Positions 56,745 through 64,000 of a stretch of 64,000 nucleotides of DNA are shown piece by piece (position 1 is the first letter of the stretch; each line of letters begins with the position of its first letter). Position numbers and translations under genes: made by a program. The DNA is taken from the NCBI GenBank assembly GCA_003482855.1, contig DMXO01000005.1, positions 163,719 to 227,718 on the forward strand. The letters are read 5' to 3'. This stretch comes from Candidatus Magasanikiibacteriota bacterium (GTDB lineage Bacteria > Patescibacteriota > Patescibacteriia > Magasanikbacterales > UBA922). Below the pieces are notes generated by a model, which saw only the letters and a list, made by a program, of their open reading frames with translations, was not told the origin of the DNA and searched no databases.

Positions 56745-58676
56745 ATGATTACCTCATACGAGCTGAGAAAAAAATATTTAGACTTTTTTGCATCAAAAGG
56801 GCATGTCGTTATTTCTTCAGCATTGCTCATACCGGAGAATGATCCTACGACGCTGTTTACCGGTTCGGGTATGCAACCAATGGTGCCTTATTTACTTGGC
56901 GAGAAACATCCGATGGGAGACAAAATTACTGATTCACAAAAATGTTTTCGAGCGGTAGATATGGATGAAGTGGGGGACAGTCGTCATACAACCTTTTTTG
57001 AAATGCTGGGAAACTGGTCACTTGGTAGCTATTTTAAAGAAGAACAAATTCAATGGATGTGGACTTTTCTTACGGATGTTGTAGGGCTTGATCCACATAG
57101 ATTGTATATTACGTGTTTTCGTGGTGATGAAGAAAGTAATGTGTCAAAAGATAAGACAAGCGCAGAATTGTGGAAAACGTTATTTGAATCAAAAGGTATT
57201 ACTGCTGATATTGTAGATTTTCCTGAGCGTGATGGTATGCAAGGTGGAAGAATTTTTTATTATGATGCGAAAAAAAATTGGTGGAGTCGTGCGGGGGTTC
57301 CACACAACATGCCGGTAGGTGAACCAGGAGGTCCTGACAGTGAGATGTTCTGGGATTTTGGTGAAGATTTGAAATTGCATGAGAAGTCAGTGTGGGCAGA
57401 TCAACCATGTCACGTCAATTGTGATTGTGGTCGGTTTATTGAAATAGGCAATAATGTTTTTATGGCATTCAAAAAGACAGATCATGGGTTTGAAGAACTA
57501 CAACAACAAAATGTTGACTTTGGTGGAGGACTTGAACGTATGGCAATGGCTTTGCAAGATACTCCTGATATTTTCAACATAGATCTTTTTTCAAACACAT
57601 GTCGTATTCTTGAACGCATGACGGGAAAGAAATATGGTGATGTGGAAAAGGAAACCTACGCGTTTCGTGTTATTTTGGATCATATTCGTGCAGCTACATT
57701 TCTTATTGCAGATGGAGCTGTGCCATTAAACAAGGACCAAGGATATTTTACTCGCCGGCTGATTCGTCGTGCTGTGCGCTATGGCAATGATCTTGGAATC
57801 AAAGATTTGTTTCTGTCAGAAGTTGCACAAGGCTATATTGATACATACAAAGATGTGTATAGTGATTTAGTTACTAAACATGATTTTATATTAAATGAAT
57901 TAAAGTCCGAAGAAACAAAGTTTCGTAGTACACTAGAGTCGGGAATTAAAGAATTTGAGAAATTATTGCAAGGATTCGCAATGGCAGAAGAAAAGACAGG
58001 AAATAAAATTGCAGAAATTTCTGGCAAACAGGCTTTTAAATTATATGATACATATGGTTTTCCATATGAAATGACGGAAGAACTCGCTCATGAGCAAGGA
58101 CTTACTATTGATAAAAAGGGATTTGATGAAGCATTTGGAAAACATCAAGAACTTTCTCGGGCTGGAGCAGAACAAAAATTCAAAGGCGGTTTGGCAGATA
58201 CTTCTGAGATGTCTACTAAGTATCATACTGCGACCCATTTACTTCATGCTGCGCTTCGCAAAGTTTTGGGTGATCATGTCGGACAAAAAGGAAGTAATAT
58301 CACCGCAGAGCGTCTACGTTTTGACTTTTCGCATCCAGACAAAATGACTGATGAACAAAAGAAACAAGTCGAGGATTTAGTAAATTCTGCAATTCAAAAA
58401 GATTATCCTGTGAGTTTTTCTGAGATGTCTGTTGACGAAGCAAAAGAAAGTGGAGCCATAGGTTTATTTGGAGATAGATATGGTGAAAAGGTAAAAGTCT
58501 ATTCAATTGGTAATCCATCTCAAAAACCTCTTGCCGATGCATCATCACTTACCTTTAGCAAGGAAATCTGTGGTGGCCCACATGTGGAACACACTGGACT
58601 TCTGGGTCATTTCAAAATTCAAAAAGAAGAGGCAAGTAGCGCGGGAGTTAGAAGAATTAAAGCAATATTAGAATAA
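56745..58676 (+). CDS. alaS: Alanine--tRNA ligase (compact form)
   Basis: DPTTLFTGSGM, HTTFFEMLGN, GLER, FKLYDTYGFP, HTATHLL, EICGGPHV, AGVRRIKA. Confidence 0.96.
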   Translation: MITSYELRKKYLDFFASKGHVVISSALLIPENDPTTLFTGSGMQPMVPYLLGEKHPMGDKITDSQKCFRAVDMDEVGDSRHTTFFEMLGNWSLGSYFKEEQIQWMWTFLTDVVGLDPHRLYITCFRGDEESNVSKDKTSAELWKTLFESKGITADIVDFPERDGMQGGRIFYYDAKKNWWSRAGVPHNMPVGEPGGPDSEMFWDFGEDLKLHEKSVWADQPCHVNCDCGRFIEIGNNVFMAFKKTDHGFEELQQQNVDFGGGLERMAMALQDTPDIFNIDLFSNTCRILERMTGKKYGDVEKETYAFRVILDHIRAATFLIADGAVPLNKDQGYFTRRLIRRAVRYGNDLGIKDLFLSEVAQGYIDTYKDVYSDLVTKHDFILNELKSEETKFRSTLESGIKEFEKLLQGFAMAEEKTGNKIAEISGKQAFKLYDTYGFPYEMTEELAHEQGLTIDKKGFDEAFGKHQELSRAGAEQKFKGGLADTSEMSTKYHTATHLLHAALRKVLGDHVGQKGSNITAERLRFDFSHPDKMTDEQKKQVEDLVNSAIQKDYPVSFSEMSVDEAKESGAIGLFGDRYGEKVKVYSIGNPSQKPLADASSLTFSKEICGGPHVEHTGLLGHFKIQKEEASSAGVRRIKAILE

Positions 58677-58684
58677 TTTTTTTT

Positions 58685-59404
58685 ATGAATTACACTCCTC
58701 AAAGACCTTCGCAGCAATCATCTCCCACACAACAAAATAATCTCGACCCTATGACACCTGCACGCATACGTTCTGTTGTCGTAGGTATTTTGTTGTTTTG
58801 TGTTTTAGCAGGAGTGTGGGTAGTATTTGGTTTGGCACGTCCCCAAGATTGGTTTGGAAATGACAATAGACCTGTTGAGGAATTTGTATCTGATGAATCA
58901 TCAAATGTCTTATCTCAAAGTAATACAGACCCTATTGAAATAGGAGTATTCGCACCACAGGATTTATCTATACCTCTTGTCCATATCTACAATGCATGTG
59001 ACGTAGATCATGCGTTTGATACTCTGTATACAAATTATACCGTTGTTTCATCTCTCCCCGGTGGTGATCCTGCTATGAATGGTTTGTATATATATGTGGT
59101 AGCTCACTCTCCATATTCAGGAGAATCTTTTAGCTATGATATAAGCCTCAATGTGTATGAGTTATTGGACATAGCTCTTGTAAATGAATCTCTTGAGTTA
59201 TCTGTTTTGCAACAACGTATTGACGAAAGATTTGGATCAGTCGTGACATACAAAGTTTTTTATAGGGCAACATTTGATAATACCACATCACTTCTTACGT
59301 TGGAGCAAACAGGAGAATCAGGACCTCTGAGTGACACAGAGATATTTGATGAATATTATAGCGTGATGAGTGATGACTGTGGGGCACGCATACCTGGTAT
59401 ATAA
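58685..59404 (+). CDS. Hypothetical membrane-anchored protein
   Basis: N-terminal TM followed by an acidic domain. Confidence 0.6.
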   Translation: MNYTPQRPSQQSSPTQQNNLDPMTPARIRSVVVGILLFCVLAGVWVVFGLARPQDWFGNDNRPVEEFVSDESSNVLSQSNTDPIEIGVFAPQDLSIPLVHIYNACDVDHAFDTLYTNYTVVSSLPGGDPAMNGLYIYVVAHSPYSGESFSYDISLNVYELLDIALVNESLELSVLQQRIDERFGSVVTYKVFYRATFDNTTSLLTLEQTGESGPLSDTEIFDEYYSVMSDDCGARIPGI

Positions 59405-59411
59405 CATGTGT

Positions 59412-59825
59412 ATGGCACATAAAAGCTTTGTATACATGTGGTCACTTCGTCATCAATTTGCAAAATATTTTGTTGTAGGTTTTTCTGGTCTCTTTCTTGA
59501 CATGGGGACACTTGTGCTGTTTAAAGAAAAATTTGGCTGGACGCCAGTCTTTGCCGTCGTAGTCAATCAAGTTCTTTTACTTACGTATAATTTTTGTTTG
59601 AATAAGTATTGGTCATTCAAAAATAAGGAAATGCCACATAAGCAGTTGGCAAAGTTTTTGACCTTGGCTGGATTTAATTATTTATTTTCGGTCGCGGCGA
59701 TGTGGTTGTTCAACGGACAATGGAATTTTGATTACCGGCTTGTTAGACTCGGGGCAATTGCAGTCATGGTAAGTTGGAATTTTTTTCTGTATAAATACTG
59801 GGTGTATAAGGTTTATAGCCAATAG
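59412..59825 (+). CDS. GtrA family protein
   Basis: FAKYFVVG, YNFCLNKYWSF, WNFFLYKYWVY. Confidence 0.88.
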   Translation: MAHKSFVYMWSLRHQFAKYFVVGFSGLFLDMGTLVLFKEKFGWTPVFAVVVNQVLLLTYNFCLNKYWSFKNKEMPHKQLAKFLTLAGFNYLFSVAAMWLFNGQWNFDYRLVRLGAIAVMVSWNFFLYKYWVYKVYSQ

Positions 59826-59856
59826 CTGTGGAATTTATTGGCTTTTGGTTATGAAC
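59811..59856. repeat. Inverted 7-nt-period repeat (TAGTTCA/TAGCCAA family), no cargo
   Basis: GTTTA TAGCCAA TAG (the GtrA stop) ... TTATTGG CTTTTGG TTATGAA C. Confidence 0.65.
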
Positions 59857-59936
59857 CCAGCACCGTAGGGTGCTCTGAGTGAACTATGGTAAAATAAGCA
59901 AAATTTTGATATAGTAACCTTATCCACGTTTAATCC

Positions 59937-59965
59937 TTGACATTATTTTTATTTTAGGCTAAAAT
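59937..59965 (+). promoter_or_regulatory. Sigma70 promoter for the infA-alpha operon
   Basis: TTGACA-17 nt-TAAAAT. Confidence 0.7.
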
Positions 59966-59988
59966 AGTGTCGCTAATTACATAAAATC

Positions 59989-60207
59989 ATGGGAAAGAAT
60001 AATGACGTGATTGAAGTCCGTGGCAGAGTTGAAGAACTATTGCCAGGGGCAAAATTTCGAATCATATTGGAAAACGAACATGAGGTCATTGCTCATCTGG
60101 CCGGCAAATTGCGAGTACACAATATTCGCTTAAGTGTTGGAGATGAAGTACGCGTAGAATTGACGCCTTATGATCTTTCCAAAGGACGTATCACGTTTCG
60201 TTTCTAA
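59989..60207 (+). CDS. infA: Translation initiation factor IF-1
   Basis: [12 protein letters not shown]...[21 protein letters not shown]. Confidence 0.97.
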   Translation: MGKNNDVIEVRGRVEELLPGAKFRIILENEHEVIAHLAGKLRVHNIRLSVGDEVRVELTPYDLSKGRITFRF

Positions 60208-60305
60208 ATTGTTTAAAAAGATCTCAACTAGTGCGGTGGAGCTCTACCCTCGTAGGTGGAGCTAAGATATCGCGGCAGTAGTTGGTGATTTTTTATTTAA
60301 ATATT

Positions 60306-60443
60306 ATGAAAGTACAACCTTCAATAGAGAAGAGATGCAAAGATTGCAAGATAGTCGTCCGTCGGTGTGTGCGTTATGTCATTTGCAAGAATCCACGACA
60401 TAAACAACGCCAAGGAAGTAAGCAGCGAACTAAAGCTGCGTAA
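60306..60443 (+). CDS. rpmJ: 50S ribosomal protein L36 (not in the ORF track)
   Basis: [37 protein letters not shown] plus SKQRTKAA. Confidence 0.93.
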   Translation: MKVQPSIEKRCKDCKIVVRRCVRYVICKNPRHKQRQGSKQRTKAA

Positions 60444-60469
60444 TTAAGGTATTTAATATACATTAACAT

Positions 60470-60856
60470 ATGCGTGTAGCAGGTGTAACTATTCCAAAAG
60501 AAAAAAGATCCGTCATTGCTTTGACCTATGTGTATGGTATCGGGCCTACCACTTCCAAGAGAATTTTGGCTCAAGCTCAGGTGTCAGAGAGTACACGTGT
60601 GAAAGACCTTACCCAAGAACAAGAGGACAAAATTCGTAATCTTGTAGAAAAAGGTCTTACCACAGAGGGTGATTTGAGACGTGAAGTAGCTTCAAATATT
60701 AAACGTTTGAAAGATATAAAATCATATCGAGGTTCACGCCATGCCAAGAGATTGCCTTGTCACGGACAGCGCACCAAGACAAATAATCGTACGTTGCGTG
60801 GAAACAAGCGTAATCTTGCGGTAAGTGGTAAAAAACCAATAGCTCAAAAAACCTAA
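60470..60856 (+). CDS. rpsM: 30S ribosomal protein S13
   Basis: [23 protein letters not shown]. Confidence 0.97.
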   Translation: MRVAGVTIPKEKRSVIALTYVYGIGPTTSKRILAQAQVSESTRVKDLTQEQEDKIRNLVEKGLTTEGDLRREVASNIKRLKDIKSYRGSRHAKRLPCHGQRTKTNNRTLRGNKRNLAVSGKKPIAQKT

Positions 60857-60883
60857 ATTAATCTGTGAAATCATTGTTACTAT

Positions 60884-61279
60884 ATGGCTAACAACGTTAA
60901 AAAAGTATCAAAAAAGAAACAAAATTTGCGATCAGTATCTCATGGTAGAGCATACGTTCAAGCAACATTCAATAACACAATTATTACAGTTACTGATCAA
61001 AATGGTGATGTTTTGGGTTGGGGTTCTGCTGGCAAAGCAGGATTCAAGGGTCCAAAGAAATCAACACCATATGCAGCAAGTATGGTAGTAAAAGCTGTCG
61101 CCGAAGCAGTGAAACCTTATGGTCTCAAAGAAGTGAATGTATTTGTTCGGGGCATTGGTGGTGGTCGTGAAGGAGCTATTCGAGCATTCAACACCAATGG
61201 TATAAATGTTTTGTCTGTAAAAGACACTACACCTATTCCACACAATGGATGTCGTCCACCAAAAAGACGAAGAGTATAA
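60884..61279 (+). CDS. rpsK: 30S ribosomal protein S11
   Basis: ATFNNT, KKSTPYAA, TPIPHNGCRPPKRRRV. Confidence 0.97.
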   Translation: MANNVKKVSKKKQNLRSVSHGRAYVQATFNNTIITVTDQNGDVLGWGSAGKAGFKGPKKSTPYAASMVVKAVAEAVKPYGLKEVNVFVRGIGGGREGAIRAFNTNGINVLSVKDTTPIPHNGCRPPKRRRV

Positions 61280-61307
61280 TATTAATTTTCGATTTTAGAG
61301 AAAAACT

Positions 61308-61931
61308 ATGGGTAGATATATTGGTCCAAAAAATAAGATCGCACGACGTTTCCGCACAAACCTTGGTTTGAAAACAAATGCACCAAAGGTTGCTCGTCGT
61401 CTCAATCAGGCTCCTGGCGTTCATGGTCCAAACAAACGTGGGGGTGCTACATCTTCATATGGTAAACAATTGCTTGAAAAACAAAAAGCAAAATTTGTAT
61501 ATAATATCCGTGAGGGTCAACTTCGTCGTTATATAGAACGCGCTACTGCTGTTACGGGAGATTCTGGTGTCATGTTGCAACAAATCCTTGAAATGCGTAT
61601 GGACAATGTTGTGTACAAACTTGGTTTTGCCGTGACTCGTGCACAGGCACGTCAGATGGTGAGTCACAGTCTTTTTTCACTCAATGGCAAAAAAATGAAT
61701 ATTCCATCACACATCGTACAGGTGGGAGATATTGTTGCCCTCAAACAAAATAAGACCAAGAAACGATTGTTCGAAGGGGTTGAAGAGCGTTTACAAAAGC
61801 AAGATTTGCCTTCATGGTTGTCAGTAGATGCAGCGGCAAAATCTGGCAAAGTTTTGAGTAAACCACAAGATAAAGATTTAGAGAGAACGTTTGATGTAAA
61901 ACTCATCATTGAGTATTACTCAACACGTTAA
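61308..61931 (+). CDS. rpsD: 30S ribosomal protein S4
   Basis: MGRYIGP, YGKQLLEKQK, LEMRMDNVV, ARQMVSH, IIEYYS. Confidence 0.97.
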   Translation: MGRYIGPKNKIARRFRTNLGLKTNAPKVARRLNQAPGVHGPNKRGGATSSYGKQLLEKQKAKFVYNIREGQLRRYIERATAVTGDSGVMLQQILEMRMDNVVYKLGFAVTRAQARQMVSHSLFSLNGKKMNIPSHIVQVGDIVALKQNKTKKRLFEGVEERLQKQDLPSWLSVDAAAKSGKVLSKPQDKDLERTFDVKLIIEYYSTR

Positions 61932-61978
61932 TTAGGAGGGATATCTCTCCGTGAGATAATCTCTATAAATTTATATAT

Positions 61979-62722
61979 ATGGATTACATTTTATTACCAT
62001 CATCTATCGAATTCAGAGATACAGACAACCCAAATGTTGGTGAATTAGTAATCACCCCATGTCATCAAGGATATGGCACGACGATTGGTAACTCTTTACG
62101 ACGTGTACTTCTCTCCTCTATTGAGGGAGCTGCTGCAGAAGCAATAAAGATAGAAGGTGTTCAACATGAATTTTCTGCTGTTGAGGGTGTGCTCGAGGAT
62201 GTAGTCGAAATTGTAATGAATCTCAAACAATTGGCTGTTATTTCACATAGTGATACTCCTATTGTCCTCACACTCACCAAAAAAGGCAAAGGAGCTGTGA
62301 CAGCTGCAGATTTTGAAAAAAATGCAGATATCGAAATTATAAATACAGATTTGAAAATAGCAACACTCACCAGTGATAAGTCTTTCACCATGGAAGTGAC
62401 TATTGGTAGAGGACTCGGTTATGTGCCTGCATCTGAGAAAGACGGTAAAAATTTAGACCTCGGCACAGTATTAGTAGATTCTTTTTATTCACCTATCAAG
62501 GATGTTGGATATCGTGTGGAGAATACACGTGTGGGAGATGTCACAGATTACGAACAACTCACTATACGTATTGAGACAAACGGTACTATCACACCAAAAG
62601 TGGCAACTGAGCGTGCTACCAAGATCCTTATGGATCATTATAGTTTGATTCTTGATACTGCAGCATCTGTTCCTGCAAAAAAGGGAGCAAAAAAGGCTGA
62701 TACTGCAGACCAAGAAGCATAA
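61979..62722 (+). CDS. rpoA: RNA polymerase alpha subunit (N-terminal domain only)
   Basis: GYGTTIGNSLRRVLLSSI, HEFS, GRGLGYV, DSFYSPI, IETNGTITP. Ends at 247 aa. Confidence 0.95.
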   Translation: MDYILLPSSIEFRDTDNPNVGELVITPCHQGYGTTIGNSLRRVLLSSIEGAAAEAIKIEGVQHEFSAVEGVLEDVVEIVMNLKQLAVISHSDTPIVLTLTKKGKGAVTAADFEKNADIEIINTDLKIATLTSDKSFTMEVTIGRGLGYVPASEKDGKNLDLGTVLVDSFYSPIKDVGYRVENTRVGDVTDYEQLTIRIETNGTITPKVATERATKILMDHYSLILDTAASVPAKKGAKKADTADQEA

Positions 62723-62730
62723 TTTAGTAT

Positions 62731-63081
62731 ATGAGACACCAAAAAAAGACAGTAAAATTAGGAAGGACACGCGCTCCACGACAAGCATTGCTTCGAAATC
62801 TCGCAGAAAGTTTGATATTGCATGGCGCTATCGTCACTACCAAAGCAAAAGCAAAAGCATTGCGTAGTGTTGTCGAACCACTCGTGACCAAAGCAAAAAA
62901 GGGTCGTCCCGTTGATCGTGAAGGTATCATGAGCGTTTTGTATACAGGTAAAGCAGTCAAGAAACTTGTGGATGATTTGGCACCCCGTTATGCAGAGCGT
63001 CGAGGTGGCTATACACGTATTACCAAGATTGGAACTAGGTCAAGTGATGGTGGTGAAAAGGTAAAAATTGAATTTGTATAA
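62731..63081 (+). CDS. rplQ: 50S ribosomal protein L17
   Basis: MRHQK...KLGR, TTKAKAK, RRGGYTRI. Confidence 0.97.
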   Translation: MRHQKKTVKLGRTRAPRQALLRNLAESLILHGAIVTTKAKAKALRSVVEPLVTKAKKGRPVDREGIMSVLYTGKAVKKLVDDLAPRYAERRGGYTRITKIGTRSSDGGEKVKIEFV

Positions 63082-63105
63082 TTTTACAGATTTTAATAGA
63101 TATTT

Positions 63106-63465
63106 ATGGAAGAATATAAACGAGAAAAAATTGAAATTGATGCAACAGGCAAATCTGTTGGTCGTATCGCAACCGAGGTTGCCACCATTCTTATGGGCAA
63201 ACATAAGCCAACATTTGAGCGCCATATTGATCGTGGAGATTCTGTTGTGATACATAATGCTTCAAAAGTTATCTTTACTGGTAAGAAATTGGCTCAAAAG
63301 GATTATTATAGCCACACTATGTATCCAGGCGGTTTGAAGAGAGTACCAATGGGTAAAGTCTTTAGTGAAGATCCAACTGATGTCATGAAACGAGCAGTAT
63401 ATCGTATGCTTCCAAAAAATAAAATGCGCGATGGAATGATGAAACGCCTTACTATTAACGCATAA
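63106..63465 (+). CDS. rplM: 50S ribosomal protein L13 (short)
   Basis: IDATGKSVGRIA, LMGKHKP, DRGD, YPGGLK, MLPKN. Confidence 0.95.
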   Translation: MEEYKREKIEIDATGKSVGRIATEVATILMGKHKPTFERHIDRGDSVVIHNASKVIFTGKKLAQKDYYSHTMYPGGLKRVPMGKVFSEDPTDVMKRAVYRMLPKNKMRDGMMKRLTINA

Positions 63466-63483
63466 TTTAATACATATATACCT

Positions 63484-63888
63484 ATGGTTCAGAAATCAGA
63501 TGACAAAATGGCACGAGCTGTTGGACGACGAAAGACAGCTTCGGCTCGCGTGCGTATCACTCCTGGCAAAGGAACTATTACCGTAAATGGTAAGGATTAC
63601 AAAGTGTATTTTCCTACAAAACTTTTGCAAGATGCCGTCGTAGCTCCTCTTGTTGTGACAGCAAAAGAAAAGGAAATGGATATATCAGTTAAGGTCGTTG
63701 GCGGTGGTCCAGTCGGCCAAGCACATGCAGTCAGACATGGTATCGCGCGTGCACTTGTAGAATGGAATAGTGAACTCAAACCAGTACTCAAAGCAGAAGG
63801 ATTCATGACACGTGATCCACGAGCAAAAGAACGTAAAAAACCAGGTTTGCACAAAGCTCGTCGTGCACATCAATGGAGAAAACGTTAA
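63484..63888 (+). CDS. rpsI: 30S ribosomal protein S9
   Basis: GRRKTASARV, GGGPVGQA, TRDPRAKERKKPG...KR. Confidence 0.97.
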   Translation: MVQKSDDKMARAVGRRKTASARVRITPGKGTITVNGKDYKVYFPTKLLQDAVVAPLVVTAKEKEMDISVKVVGGGPVGQAHAVRHGIARALVEWNSELKPVLKAEGFMTRDPRAKERKKPGLHKARRAHQWRKR

Positions 63889-63892
63889 TTGT

Positions 63893-63950
63893 CACTCAAG
63901 CATTTTAGCACTCAAGCACTTCAACACTCCTAAATCAGGAGTGTTTTTAG
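63893..63950 (+). repeat. 8-nt-period repeat (CACTnnAG family) merging into the operon terminator
   Basis: CACTCAAG CATTTTAG CACTCAAG CACTTCAA CACTCC, then stem AACACTCCT...AGGAGTGTT and a T tract. Confidence 0.7.
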
Positions 63951-64000
63951 TAATTCTAAGTATTTGAGCATATAAGTCATTGTCACTGATTGTCGTTTTT

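Noticed and set aside
59915-59930. DnaA-box-like TTATCCACG
   Set aside because: A single imperfect box with no cluster or dnaA context, so not evidence for an origin.
5030-63950. Periodic repeats read as CRISPR arrays
   Set aside because: Units are 7-9 nt and contiguous with no unique spacers, and there are no cas genes.
1-64000. Alternative genetic code (TGA recoded)
   Set aside because: Conserved genes such as gatA, murG and mnmA end at TGA at the expected positions and contain no internal TGA.

Overview
AT-rich chromosomal segment, genetic code 11 (TGA is used as a stop). The gene set and style suggest a Patescibacteria/CPR (Parcubacteria-like) genome: mostly SD-less starts, rpoA without the alpha-CTD, short AlaRS, a TraD/DUF87-type ATPase and a split PEP-utilising enzyme. 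The taxonomy is inferred, not searched. Housekeeping content is a Clp ATPase, rplU, dnaB-ybaB-recR, murA, ctpA, gatCA, tRNA-Ser(GGA), rpmA, ftsW-murG, mnmA, alaS and infA-rpmJ-rpsM-rpsK-rpsD-rpoA-rplQ-rplM-rpsI. A surface-glycan/rhamnose cluster is interleaved with HIT and Nudix hydrolases. The most striking unexplained signal is a window-wide system of degenerate 7-, 8- and 9-nt-period tandem repeats. They form inverted pairs at gene junctions (often from a stop codon up to the next start) and frame-preserving inserts inside conserved genes. One pair encloses a four-helix-bundle (Avd/23S-IVP-like) gene inserted between ybaB and recR, and the same repeat family occurs elsewhere without the gene. 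Other highlights: a GIY-YIG gene inserted at tRNA-Ser with a duplicated, palindrome-interrupted tRNA 5' end, a GC-rich structured ncRNA candidate, several structured leaders or trailers, and an HD + split RPH-like dikinase module.
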